Shown: positions 1 through 12,365, counted from the stretch's first letter. The stretch: DNA of 64,000 bases from an uncultured Verrucomicrobiae bacterium (GCA_963815455.1 CAWFGO010000003.1:608001-672000), one strand, 5' to 3'. Notes: generated by a model from the sequence alone, not told the origin. Numbers and translations: made by a program.

Positions 1-281
1 CAGCGACAATCGCGAAGCCGAAGGAGTGGACCCAGGGCGAGGCCATCGCCGAGGCTCAGCACGATATTCGCATGCACCACATCAAGTTCTATTGGCACGG
101 CACTATTGCGTCAGCGCCTGTTGGCGTACCCGATCAGTACGTCCGCATGGTAGATCGCTATCCGCATGCTGACGGCGGCATCGGCTGCATCGTTTATGAT
201 CGCGCGCTCCGCGGCCGACAGCGAAAGTATTCAGAGAGATACAACAAACTCATGTTGTCTTATCTCCTACAAAAAAAGTGA
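1..281 (+). CDS. Hypothetical protein, 5'-partial; integron cassette 1
   Basis: ORF ends 16 nt before an attC-like site; the start probably lies left of the window. Confidence 0.5.
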   Translation, partial: ATIAKPKEWTQGEAIAEAQHDIRMHHIKFYWHGTIASAPVGVPDQYVRMVDRYPHADGGIGCIVYDRALRGRQRKYSERYNKLMLSYLLQKK

Positions 282-297
282 GTTTGGGCACGTCCAC

Positions 298-424
298 ATC
301 TAACAAATCGCTCGAGCCACCCGCTCTTTGGCGTTGCGCGTCGATGTCCATCTTGATTAATATGCCATCAACTGTAGCGCAGCCTCGCTGCCAGAGCAGT
401 AGCTGAGCTCCGTTCTCGTTAGGC
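298..424 (+). mobile_element. attC recombination site 1
   Basis: ATCTAAC (RYYYAAC) at 298 and GTTAGGC (GTTRRRY) at 418-424; 127 bp imperfect palindrome; next ATG at 427. Confidence 0.75.
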
Positions 425-426
425 CT

Positions 427-840
427 ATGAAGCGTTACTCCACACTTGCCGTGCTCGTTGCTGCGACACTACTCGCAGGTTGCGCAGACGTATCCTCGAC
501 ATCGGGCACATCGCAGCTTTCGCGGGAGCTCGTCGAGCGCAGCCTCATCAAGGGCAAGACCACGAAAGAGCAGGTTCGCGCACTTCTCGGAGAGCCGCAG
601 TCAACGGTTTCCGGTGATTCCACCATTCCGGGCATGCCATCCGAGACGTGGACATACACTAAGACGTTTCGCCGCGACGCGATGAAGAAGGAAGGCGTCG
701 CAGGCAGCTTCGCTCGGTATGCGGTCACTGGTAGTCTTTACGATCGCGTTGAGGTATCGGTGCTCATCGTCATGTTCGATTCGCGAGGTCGAGTTTCGGG
801 CCACACGTTTTCTACTTCTCATGCGGGAGCGTCACAGTGA
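427..840 (+). CDS. Lipoprotein with BamE/SmpA-like motif; integron cassette 2
   Basis: Lipobox LAGC; GKTTKEQVRALLGEP...WTY motif; flanked by attC sites. Confidence 0.7.
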   Translation: MKRYSTLAVLVAATLLAGCADVSSTSGTSQLSRELVERSLIKGKTTKEQVRALLGEPQSTVSGDSTIPGMPSETWTYTKTFRRDAMKKEGVAGSFARYAVTGSLYDRVEVSVLIVMFDSRGRVSGHTFSTSHAGASQ

Positions 841-852
841 TGCCACGAATAG

Positions 853-976
853 GTCTAATCATCCAATGGAGCGAACGGCGGACCGGTGTACGCCCCACTT
901 TGGAGATGACTTCCACCTCTTCACTACGAGCGACGCGTGGGCTCGCCCGCCGTCGCTCATCTTGTTCTCGTTAGAC
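853..976 (+). mobile_element. attC recombination site 2
   Basis: GTCTAAT...GTTAGAC, 124 bp; inner arms GAGCGAACGGCGG / CCGCCGTCGCTC pair with one bulged base; ends in gttctcGTTAG like attC1. Confidence 0.8.
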
Positions 977-984
977 ATCTCCTT

Positions 985-1488
985 ATGAATCCCGTAACTG
1001 AGCATAACCGTTGGGACAGACTTCTCGCTAAACTCGACCTCCCTGAGACCCGTTATAAAGCTGACCTAGAACTTTATGACAGATCGCAAGCCTTTTCGAG
1101 CGAGCTTCTGAAACTTGCCTTGGCTGGCATCGCAGTGATCGGTTTTCTCTTAGCCAACTTTCCGAAGGAGCGCTTGGAACACGTTTTAGACGATGCTTCC
1201 ATCAGGATTTTATTTTGTGCTTCCGTCGTAGCGTTCGCCCTATCTGTCGGCTTAGCCTTGCTTCAGCGTTTCCAAGCCGGTGGCGCGATGTTTCATCATC
1301 TCCATGTTATCAAGCTTTCTTCCTTGGAAGACGCCGCAGCGGAAGCAGAGATTTCTCACCACATGCGAATCCGAGAAAAGAGGTTTATGCGAGCTCATGC
1401 GCTACTGAAGAGCACGTCTTGCTTCTTGATTCTCGCCGCGGTCGTTGTTAGCGTCGCATTTATCCGAATGATGTTTCTTCACGTATAA
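985..1488 (+). CDS. Hypothetical 3-TM membrane protein; integron cassette 3 (its own attC is degenerate)
   Basis: ATG 8 nt after GTTAGAC; three hydrophobic stretches; only a GGTCTCAT remnant follows the stop. Confidence 0.65.
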   Translation: MNPVTEHNRWDRLLAKLDLPETRYKADLELYDRSQAFSSELLKLALAGIAVIGFLLANFPKERLEHVLDDASIRILFCASVVAFALSVGLALLQRFQAGGAMFHHLHVIKLSSLEDAAAEAEISHHMRIREKRFMRAHALLKSTSCFLILAAVVVSVAFIRMMFLHV

Positions 1489-1543
1489 GGTCTCATCAGA
1501 CATCCCAGGCACGTCCAAAACGGGGAAGCGCGGAGTTGTGCCT

Positions 1544-2101
1544 TTAAATTAACTGCGCGCTGTACTGCGGATCACGCCTGATGATTTTCAGCTGATAAAG
1601 GCAGGCCGAGACTGTGTTCCAGCACTTCTCTCGCTCTGTATTAGCCCGCCACTTTCCAAGCTCAACACTCGTTCGATTTCCAATCGGGAAGGGGCTTTCT
1701 CTTCTTGCCGTAGGATCAGTGGAAATTCCTTTGAAAACGTGAACACAGTCGGGCGAATGATCGCGCAGTTCATCGAGCGTCTGCTTTATCAACCGGTGAA
1801 GTTTTTTTGGCGTGGTTCTTTTGTCGCTACCGTACCACTTCTCCAGTTTTTCAAACTCAGACACTAGATCGTTCAGTGCCTCCATGCGCGTCTTTCCGGT
1901 CAAGGCTTGATAACGCTTGTCGGCTTTCGACCATACCCGATAGGACCCCGCGACAAAGCAAGCTGCAGAGGCAATTAACAAAGCAGTTTTAGCTTGTCCC
2001 TGAGAAGGGGGGTGCAGAGTCACCCAAAAGAGAAATCCGACAGAAACAATACCGCTCATCGTCGTGATCCAATCTTCAAACCATGCGGCGAAAAAGCGCA
2101 T
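1544..2101 (-). CDS. Hypothetical protein with 2 N-terminal TM segments
   Basis: Long ORF with hydrophobic N-terminus; start placed at MRFFAAWF. Confidence 0.5.
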   Translation of the reverse strand: MRFFAAWFEDWITTMSGIVSVGFLFWVTLHPPSQGQAKTALLIASAACFVAGSYRVWSKADKRYQALTGKTRMEALNDLVSEFEKLEKWYGSDKRTTPKKLHRLIKQTLDELRDHSPDCVHVFKGISTDPTARRESPFPIGNRTSVELGKWRANTEREKCWNTVSACLYQLKIIRRDPQYSAQLI

Positions 2102-2213
2102 GCGGGAGCGTAGCGGAAGCTGCTTCGAAATACTAGATCGCTTCGTTCTCGGCTTGCCAGTTTTGTCCCCGTTGGTTTTGATTGTTGCCTGAAACGACAG
2201 ACCGGAGGGACCT

Positions 2214-2663
2214 ATGAGCCGCCGCACTAAAACCAAACGAATCGAGCTCGAACGTGCCCGTAACGCGGTGGCAAAAATTTGGTTCTGGGGCGCGGGCCTT
2301 CTCGGGCTCCTGGTGATATTGCAATCGATTATCGGTCGGTTCGAGGGGTTTACTCAGGATTTTCTGGCCTGGTTTACGCCCACCCTGGCTCCGGCACTGG
2401 GCCTGATCATCGGGATAATCATCAGCACCGCGCAGGACGACGATACCGGCCGGACCGTGAAACAATTCTTTTATCGCGCCGCCCTCGGATTGTCGGTTGT
2501 CTATCTGGGCACTTTGCTACTGACACTGCTGTTGGAACCCGTTGCCTGGATTCACGACATGAAGTTTTACAATCTGTCGAACTACTGGCTCGGACCGATC
2601 CAGGGATTCGTGGTCGCGGCGCTCGGCGCGCTGTTTAATTCGCGCAAGAAGACCGATGTTTGA
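2214..2663 (+). CDS. Hypothetical 4-TM membrane protein
   Basis: GGAGG RBS before the ATG; four hydrophobic helices. Confidence 0.7.
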   Translation: MSRRTKTKRIELERARNAVAKIWFWGAGLLGLLVILQSIIGRFEGFTQDFLAWFTPTLAPALGLIIGIIISTAQDDDTGRTVKQFFYRAALGLSVVYLGTLLLTLLLEPVAWIHDMKFYNLSNYWLGPIQGFVVAALGALFNSRKKTDV

Positions 2664-2698
2664 TTCGGTTTAACGACTGAAGGTGGCGGCAGCGGCGA

Positions 2699-3913
2699 TT
2701 AATGCCTGCCCAAAGCGGCGAGGAACCCCGCTTTTTCCAAATGCGTTTTGGCGCCAATCGAGGTCGGCTTTACAAACTCCGGCTTGCCGTTTCCGACCCA
2801 GCGAAACTGATAGACCAACGCCGTGCATTCGTAGGCGTCGGTATATTTAAGGTTGCCGATCTCTTCGGGCAGCGTGTTCATGCCACCCGAAACCCAGGCG
2901 CCGGCTTCGTCGCGTGTCACTTCCACGTCTGTCTGCGAAAACGGATGCGGAGTAACCACGAACACAATCACGCGATATTGACCGGGTCGGGCGTGGAACA
3001 ACGCGTTCAGATATGCGCTCAGCGAAAAATCTTCCATCGGCTCCACGTCCAGCGACCAGCGATCGGCCGCCGGCTGCCACGGAGCTCCATCCGGACGCAT
3101 CCGCTCGATATGGGTGGCCATGGCAAAGCCGTCGGGCACCGCGTGGTAACTTATTTCCGGATACTCGCAATCGTCGAACGCCTCTTTCAGCGCGCTCTGC
3201 ACGTCCTTCAACAATGGCTGCGAACGGTCGCCCACTAACAAATTTCTCGGGATCACATAAAACGTCGATGCCCTTGGGGGCGGAAACGGAAATTTGGAAA
3301 CTTGCGGCTCGGCAGGTTCCCCGGCGCCGGGAGTCATATCGCTCACTGCCGCGATCGTGGCCGACGGCCGCGCGATTGCCTTGTGCCGCCTTCCGCCGGG
3401 GTGCGGAGAAGGACTGGGGTGATATGCGAGACCTCGTCCCCCGCCCGTTGGCCCGGCTCCGCCCGCCGGTTCTCCCGGGGTAACCGCAGGGGTTGGCGCA
3501 GCTCTTATGGAGGCAATCGCTCGCGAGGGCGCATTCGCGGTTGCAGTTGGATTATAGGAAAGGCGCTGGCCCCGGGGGCCTTCACAAACAAGGCCGTTGA
3601 TCGTGAGCCGCACGTTTCTTGGCCCATCGACTTCGGGCACCAGTTCAAAGAAACGCAGTTTGCGCGCGCGTGGCCCGATCTTGATGTCGAACCCAATCGC
3701 TTCTCCGGTCGCAGCATCGACAAGTTCGATCAGGCGGCGGTTCCTCAACGCGGGCGAGTTCGGATTGATCGCCGCATTTTCACCTAAGGGCTCGATCCGC
3801 AATAACCATTCGTCGTGCGACCTCACCCAGCTCGCCCTCAAGTTTACATCAGCGGCCCAAGCAGTCGTCGCCGACAGGATAATCATCGCAATCAGCCCGG
3901 CACGGGAGTTCAT
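2699..3913 (-). CDS. Secreted hypothetical protein with a Pro/Gly-rich linker and a globular C-terminal domain
   Basis: Signal peptide MNSRAGLIAMIILSATTAWA; low-complexity middle; globular C-terminal domain (FPFPPPRAS...GQYRVIVFVVT). Confidence 0.65.
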   Translation of the reverse strand: MNSRAGLIAMIILSATTAWAADVNLRASWVRSHDEWLLRIEPLGENAAINPNSPALRNRRLIELVDAATGEAIGFDIKIGPRARKLRFFELVPEVDGPRNVRLTINGLVCEGPRGQRLSYNPTATANAPSRAIASIRAAPTPAVTPGEPAGGAGPTGGGRGLAYHPSPSPHPGGRRHKAIARPSATIAAVSDMTPGAGEPAEPQVSKFPFPPPRASTFYVIPRNLLVGDRSQPLLKDVQSALKEAFDDCEYPEISYHAVPDGFAMATHIERMRPDGAPWQPAADRWSLDVEPMEDFSLSAYLNALFHARPGQYRVIVFVVTPHPFSQTDVEVTRDEAGAWVSGGMNTLPEEIGNLKYTDAYECTALVYQFRWVGNGKPEFVKPTSIGAKTHLEKAGFLAALGRH

Positions 3914-4016
3914 GGACAAACCATCTAACCAATCCGGCAAAAGATGTCGATCCTTTTGCGCACAAAATCGGATCTTACGCGACGCGACCGAAGGAGTTCG
4001 GGTATTTCCTTCCGCT

Positions 4017-4253
4017 TCATCGGCCGGCCTGGGCGTTCTTGCCGGAATCGAATTGAAAGACTTCTTCCAACGGCTTGCCGAAGGCGGCGGCGATTCGAAA
4101 GGCCAATTCAAGCGACGGCGAATATTTGGCCGCTTCGATGGCAACAATGGTTTGCCGAGTCACGCCGGATTGTTCGGCCAGGTTTTGCTGGGTCATTTCC
4201 CCGGCCTCAAACCGCAACCGCCGGATGTTATTGCGGATCGTGGGATGTTTCAT
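4017..4253 (-). CDS. XRE-family HTH transcriptional regulator
   Basis: MTQQNLAEQSGVTRQTIVAIEAAKYSPSLELAFRIA motif. Confidence 0.9.
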   Translation of the reverse strand: MKHPTIRNNIRRLRFEAGEMTQQNLAEQSGVTRQTIVAIEAAKYSPSLELAFRIAAAFGKPLEEVFQFDSGKNAQAGR

Positions 4254-4256
4254 GAA

Positions 4257-4742
4257 TCAACGTCCGCGTCGATAGGACACGACTTGCGTGCCGAATCGCA
4301 CCGTTTCACCCAGGATAAAACAAAACAACACCAGTTGGCTGATCAACAATGGCGTGATCGCCAGACCGGCTGCCTCTTCCCCGACAGCAGCCACAGACCA
4401 AACAATCCAGCCGGCCATGAAAACGAGCGAGCAGAGAACAAAATAGGCATTCTTTGCCGCTCGCGCTTCGATCGCCAGATCGCGCTCGTCTTTTGGTTCC
4501 TCTTTGGAATGGATGGCAATCGCGACGGCGGCCACGATCTGAATGGCTACTTGAACGACCACCGCGCCGATAAACATCCCCAGGACGCGGCCGGCGGTCA
4601 GTTCGTTATGCCGAAACAATTGGAGCACATGAGCAAAATAAGGGACCCAGACCAAAAGGGTGATCAGGAAGCAAGCCCAGGCAGTTTTCTCGCGGAATGA
4701 AGTAATCTCCCGATCCGACTCGGTTGTAACAGTAGTTGTCAT
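4257..4742 (-). CDS. Membrane protein (DUF2178-like) paired with the XRE regulator
   Basis: 4 TM helices; DERD motif; 3 nt upstream of the XRE gene. Confidence 0.7.
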   Translation of the reverse strand: MTTTVTTESDREITSFREKTAWACFLITLLVWVPYFAHVLQLFRHNELTAGRVLGMFIGAVVVQVAIQIVAAVAIAIHSKEEPKDERDLAIEARAAKNAYFVLCSLVFMAGWIVWSVAAVGEEAAGLAITPLLISQLVLFCFILGETVRFGTQVVSYRRGR

Positions 4743-4870
4743 GGAATCAGTGTATACGATACCCGACACAATGTCAAATATACTTTACATGTTTTCTTTC
4801 ACCTATTCTGCACGTGATCCAAAAGAACACCGCTTCGCGCGACCACATCGCGCATGCCATCATCGGCTCC

Positions 4871-5250
4871 GATCAGAAGAATTTCGCCCACTAAACACAC
4901 GAAAAAAACGAAATTGGAAATCCTTCTGCCTCTCCTCTTTTAGTGCCTTTCGTGTGTTTCGTGGGCCAACCTCTTCCTCGATTTAACCCGAGAGCCGTTC
5001 GCGCTTCGACTCTTTGTCCGGTTCATAGGATTTGCGCAGGCAAACGATTTCGCCAGCGCCGATCAGAAGAATTTCGCCCACTAAACACATGAAAAAAACG
5101 AAATTGGAAATCCTTCTGCCTCTCCTCTTTTAGTGCCTTTCGTGTGTTTCGTGGGCCAACCTCTTCCTCGATTTAACCCGAGAGCCGTTCGCGCTTCGAC
5201 TCTTTGTCTGGTTCATAGGATTTGCGCAGGCAAAAGATTTCGCCAGCGCC
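4871..5250. repeat. Tandem duplication, 2 x 190 bp, each copy containing a palindromic element
   Basis: 4871-5060 vs 5061-5250 differ at 3 positions; hairpin gcccactaaacacacgaaa / tttcgtgtgtttcgtgggc in each copy. Confidence 0.95.
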
Positions 5251-5284
5251 AGAACTTCTGGGATCCACCGTCACGCTAACTTGT

Positions 5285-8446
<3,162 letters not shown>

Positions 8447-8488
8447 GGGAGCGCCTAATATCGCCGAGATTCTCTCACTATCAATCAG

Positions 8489-8582
8489 GTAGGGACGGAT
8501 CTCCGAGCCGTCCGACTTGTTTCTTGAAAGCGACGGACGCCCTCCATTCGACTGCGCTCAGGACAGTCCGGCGCGTCCCTAC
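8489..8582. repeat. GTAG-type REP doublet with a nested short element
   Basis: gtagggacgg...cgtccctac ends; ttcgactgcgctcaggaca interrupts the right arm. Confidence 0.6.
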
Positions 8583-8603
8583 TTGTAGGAACGTTGTAGA
8601 GCC

Positions 8604-8930
8604 TCACTCAGGAACGCCAGCGCGAGAGAACGGGTAGTATATTCGCGCTACCTGTCCGCAGATATTTGCCGCAGGAACGCAACCCCAGTAGCGGCTATCC
8701 GCGCTATTGTAAGAATTGTCGCCAAGGACAAAGTAGCTGCCTTCAGGCACTCGAAATTCCTGGTCCGGTCTCGTGAGATACTCGCGACCGAGAGCGTATC
8801 CCTTATAGGCCCGACTGCAGGCGGAGAAGATTGTGTTACCTCGTTCATTCGACCGCGCAACGTAGTTAGACGGATGGTTCCGTGTAAAGGATAACCAAAT
8901 ATATCTTCCCGCGAACCGCTCGAGGTAACG
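8604..8930 (-). pseudogene. lepB: Signal peptidase I C-terminal fragment
   Basis: VPEGSYFVLGDNSYNSADSRYWG motif; no catalytic Ser/TM N-terminus, because the vapC stop abuts it. Confidence 0.65.
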
Positions 8931-8938
8931 CCGCAGCG

Positions 8939-9310
8939 TTAACGAAACTTTTCGAGGAAGCCGAAATCCTCGTCTTCGTAATCGATCCCGGCGCCGTGAA
9001 CGAAGGCGCAGGCGGCGATGACACAGTCCGACGACGGAACTGGATTTCCGGCCTTGCGACACGCTGAGGCCAGCAGTCTGGCCCGGCTCCAAACGGCCTG
9101 ATCGATGGGAAGCGAAACTAGCAGCGCAGCGAGATCGGTTACGTCCTCTTGGTCCCGTTTGGAAGCTACACCCATCCAGAGCTCGACTTCCACCATGTCG
9201 CAGATTGCCGCGTCCCCACGAAGCAGGATGGAATTCACCCGATCCTTGACCGTTTGCTCACCCTTGCGCCGGAGCAGGTGGACAAGGCTGGAGGTATCAA
9301 GGAGCGTCAT
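8939..9310 (-). CDS. vapC: VapC PIN-domain toxin
   Basis: LLDTS...EL...SDCVIAACA...DEDF PIN acidic residues. Confidence 0.9.
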   Translation of the reverse strand: MTLLDTSSLVHLLRRKGEQTVKDRVNSILLRGDAAICDMVEVELWMGVASKRDQEDVTDLAALLVSLPIDQAVWSRARLLASACRKAGNPVPSSDCVIAACAFVHGAGIDYEDEDFGFLEKFR

Positions 9311-9567
9311 CGCACCGAGGTGGTGTTTGTTTTGCCAAGAGCCCGTCTGCGCAGCGCGCGCAGTTCTTGAGGCGACATGAACGTCTCCGAGCGACCTAGG
9401 CGCTGGGTGAGCTTGCGCAAGCGCTCGCGCCGGTTGAACTCTTCCAAGGCTCGCATCACTGCGCCGCGCTTGGTCGTTTCTCCAGCGGCCTTCATGGCTT
9501 CCGCCAAAAGCCTTTCGGGAATATCTAGTGTGGTCTTAATGCTGTATAGTTTACACAAGTCTTCCAT
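9307..9567 (-). CDS. vapB: VapB-family (RHH) antitoxin
   Basis: KTTLDIPERLLAEAMKAAGETTKRGAVMRALEE; ATGA overlap with vapC; start uncertain (ATG 9567 or ATT 9540). Confidence 0.85.
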   Translation of the reverse strand: MEDLCKLYSIKTTLDIPERLLAEAMKAAGETTKRGAVMRALEEFNRRERLRKLTQRLGRSETFMSPQELRALRRRALGKTNTTSVR

Positions 9568-9658
9568 ACTATGCAAGCTCTGAGTGCATATCCGGGGCAA
9601 TCGCTCGTCCTGGTTTGAGTCTGTTGTAAGCGCCGGTTTTACCGCTACAATCGGCCCC

Positions 9659-10072
9659 ATGAAGAAAATCATTTCCACCAGCGAAGCTCCGGCTGCCATC
9701 GGTCCCTATTCCCAGGCCGTGCGGGTCGGTTCGACGATCTTTTGCGCCGGTCAGATCCCACTCGATCCAAAGACCGGCCAGATTGTCGATGGCGGGATCA
9801 CCGAGCAAACCCAGCGCGTCATGAAAAATATCAGCGCAGTTTTGAAAGCCGATGGCCTGACTTTCGAAAACGTGGTTAAAACGACGATTTTTCTGATCGA
9901 TTTTGCAGATTTCCAGACGGTGAATGAAATCTATGGCTCCAACTTCAAGAGCGATCCTCCGGCCCGCTCGACGGTTCAGGTGGCCGCGTTGCCAAAGGGC
10001 GCTCGTGTTGAAATCGAAGTCATCGCTGTGGCCGGCAATGGCGAGAAAACCGCCAGCGACACATCCGGCTAG
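9659..10072 (+). CDS. ridA: RidA-family enamine deaminase
   Basis: APAAIGPYSQAV, PPARSTVQVAALPKGARVEIE. Confidence 0.95.
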   Translation: MKKIISTSEAPAAIGPYSQAVRVGSTIFCAGQIPLDPKTGQIVDGGITEQTQRVMKNISAVLKADGLTFENVVKTTIFLIDFADFQTVNEIYGSNFKSDPPARSTVQVAALPKGARVEIEVIAVAGNGEKTASDTSG

Positions 10073-10102
10073 GATCGACATGGTGGACACGCGATTTCTG
10101 CT

Positions 10103-10253
10103 TCTGGGGAGCGCACGCGCCTCGCGTGCTGGCGAAGGCGCCCTCGCCTTCGCGAACTTTTTCTCATCCAGCGCGTTGGAAGTAATAATTGCATCTGAAT
10201 CGTTTCGGCGAACGCGCCGAAACCCGCACGCGAGGACGCGTGCGCTCCCCAGA
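10103..10253. repeat. Palindromic REPIN/MITE-like element, CTGGGGAGCGC family
   Basis: tctggggagcgcacgcg...cgcgtgcgctccccaga terminal inverted repeat with internal hairpins. Confidence 0.85.
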
Positions 10254-10255
10254 TC

Positions 10256-10822
10256 ATGAGCGAAGATTTGCTCGCGCTTTTTCGCAAGACCGGCGCGTTG
10301 CTCGACGGGCATTTCGTTTTGCGCTCCGGATTACATAGTAGGCAATATTTTCAGTGCGCAATCCTGCTGCAGCACACCGAGATCGCCGCGCGCGTTTGCA
10401 CCGAGCTCGCCAATCGATTGCGCGCATTCGATTGTGACACAGTGATCTCCCCTGCTCTGGGCGGAATCATTGTCGGGCAGGAAGTCGGCCGTGCCTTGGG
10501 TAAACGCCATATTTTCGTCGAGAAAGAAGCCGGCGGGCTCGTATTGCGTCGCGGGTTTAAGATCGACAAGGGCGAAAAATTCATTGTTGCCGAAGACGTG
10601 GTCACGCGAGGCGGACGCGTCCAGCAGACGACCGACATCGTCCGCGCGCACGGCGGCATCGTTTCGGCAGTCGCCGTGATCGTCGACCGAAGCGGGGCGC
10701 ACAAGCCAGGTTTCGGCTGCCCATTCGTCAGTTTGATCGAGATTGAAATGGAAACATTTGAGCCGGACAAATTACCCGCGGATCTGGCCCGCATTCCTGC
10801 GATCAAACCGGGTAGCAAATAA
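10256..10822 (+). CDS. pyrE: Orotate phosphoribosyltransferase
   Basis: GHFVLRSGLHS; PRPP-binding motif VAEDVVTRGG. Confidence 0.95.
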   Translation: MSEDLLALFRKTGALLDGHFVLRSGLHSRQYFQCAILLQHTEIAARVCTELANRLRAFDCDTVISPALGGIIVGQEVGRALGKRHIFVEKEAGGLVLRRGFKIDKGEKFIVAEDVVTRGGRVQQTTDIVRAHGGIVSAVAVIVDRSGAHKPGFGCPFVSLIEIEMETFEPDKLPADLARIPAIKPGSK

Positions 10823-10880
10823 CTCCCACGTCCTCGAGGCTTACTGCACTGAACTTCGGGCTCCGAAAAACGGTTGAGAA

Positions 10881-11060
10881 TCAGGCCTGTTCCAGCTTCG
10901 CGAGCAAACGTTCGCTGTAACCATCCTTGCGAAGCTTGTCGTAATCGATGCGACCTTCTTTCTTTAGCATCTCCTCTTTGAGGGCGCGCAAAAGATTTTT
11001 GGAGGCGTGATCCAATAACTCGGGCTCGGATTTTGCGCGTCGCTTCGCTGCCGCTTTCAT
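10881..11060 (-). CDS. Small basic hypothetical protein (59 aa)
   Basis: Manual translation MKAAAKRRAKSEPELLDHASKNLLRALKEEMLKKEGRIDYDKLRKDGYSERLLAKLEQA*; below the ORF-track cutoff. Confidence 0.6.
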   Translation of the reverse strand: MKAAAKRRAKSEPELLDHASKNLLRALKEEMLKKEGRIDYDKLRKDGYSERLLAKLEQA

Positions 11061-11167
11061 GAGCCCAAACTTGGCCTAATTGGACTGGATATTCAATGCC
11101 GATGTCTTGACGGTAGAGGCGGCACTTATAATCTCAAGCAACCACGAAATTACGCAGCGCTCAATTT

Positions 11168-11863
11168 GTGAACAGTATCTCAGCTTTTTACCATTCCTCG
11201 ATCGGGAAAAAGATGATCGTTGCGATCACCGGGATCATTTTGATTCTGTTCGTGATCGGCCATCTGCTGGGCAACCTGCAAATCTTTCTCGGACCTGATT
11301 GGATCAACGGCTACTCGCAACACCTGCGCGATCTGGGTCCCTTGCTCTGGGCGGTTCGCGCGTTTCTTTTGGCCACCGTCCTGATCCATATCTACGTGAC
11401 GATCCGGCTGGCGATCGACAATCGCCGGGCCCGTCCGGAGTCGTACAAGGACAAGCACCACGTGAAAGCCACCTTCGCGTCGCGGCATATGGTGATGAGC
11501 GGACTGATCGTGCTCGCTTTCATCATTTATCACCTGGCCCACTTCACCGTCCGCGTAACCGATTCGCGGTTTGCTTTGCTCAAGGCCGACCCACTCGGTC
11601 ATTACGACGTTTATTCAATGATGGTTTACGGCTTCCAAAATTATTACGTCTCGGCGTTCTATGTTCTGGGACTCTTCTTGCTCGCCCTGCATCTGAGCCA
11701 CGGTTCGTCCAGCTTTTTTCAATCGCTCGGGCTTAACGACCAAAAACTCGCGCCGCGTTTTGCTTTGATCGGTCGCATCTTTGCCTGGCTGCTTTTTATC
11801 GGCTACACCTCGATCCCGGTCGCGATCCTGCTCGGATTCATCAAGCCGGCGCAACAGTTATAG
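11168..11863 (+). CDS. sdhC: Succinate dehydrogenase cytochrome b subunit
   Basis: SSIGKKMIVAITG, HLLGNL, HLSHG...QSLG; upstream of sdhA. Confidence 0.95.
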   Translation: MNSISAFYHSSIGKKMIVAITGIILILFVIGHLLGNLQIFLGPDWINGYSQHLRDLGPLLWAVRAFLLATVLIHIYVTIRLAIDNRRARPESYKDKHHVKATFASRHMVMSGLIVLAFIIYHLAHFTVRVTDSRFALLKADPLGHYDVYSMMVYGFQNYYVSAFYVLGLFLLALHLSHGSSSFFQSLGLNDQKLAPRFALIGRIFAWLLFIGYTSIPVAILLGFIKPAQQL

Positions 11864-11870
11864 GCAGGAC

Positions 11871-11925
11871 AATTCGAAATCCGAATATCGAATCTCTAAA
11901 CAAATTTAAATACCAAATCCAAAAA
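11871..11925 (+). repeat. Left 7-mer repeat arm of four-helix-bundle insert 1
   Basis: aattcgaaatccgaatatcgaatctctaaacaaa, imperfectly complementary to 12313-12365. Confidence 0.8.
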
Positions 11926-11937
11926 CAATGGAAAACA

Positions 11938-12296
11938 ATGTCGAATAGCGACAATTCAAAGCCCTACGACCTCGAGGAGCGCACTTTCCAATTTGCAAGG
12001 ACCAGTCGGGCGTTTGTGAAACAATTGCCGCGAACAATCTCAAATATTGAAGACGTTAAGCAGTTCATTCGCGCGTCCGGCTCTGTCGGCGCGAACTACA
12101 TCGAGGCGAACGAAGCTATTGGGAAAAAAGATTTCGTGATGAAATCAAGATCTGCCGGCGAGAAGCGAAAGAAAGCCGCTATTGGCTTGGCTTGATCGAG
12201 ATAAATGAAAAACTCGGAACGGAACATGTGCGGCTCATGAACGAAGCCAATGAGCTAATGAAAATCTTTGGCGCAATCGTACGTAAATCGGAATAA
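11938..12296 (+). CDS. Four-helix-bundle protein (23S rRNA IVS/Avd-like fold), 1-nt frameshift near 12143
   Basis: DLEERTFQF...KQFIRASGSVGANYIEANEA..KKDF; the shifted frame continues KICRREAKESRYWL...ELMKIFGAI. Confidence 0.9.
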
Positions 12297-12312
12297 TGAG
12301 ATTTCCTTCTCC

Positions 12313-12365
12313 TTTTGAATTTTCTGACGTTTGTTTCGGATTTCGGGATTCGGATTTCGTATTTT
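12313..12365 (-). repeat. Right 7-mer repeat arm of four-helix-bundle insert 1
   Basis: tttgtttcggatttcgggattcggatttcgtatttt. Confidence 0.8.

Noticed and set aside
4871..5250. CRISPR array
   Set aside because: Only two 190-bp units with no unique spacers; no cas genes in the window
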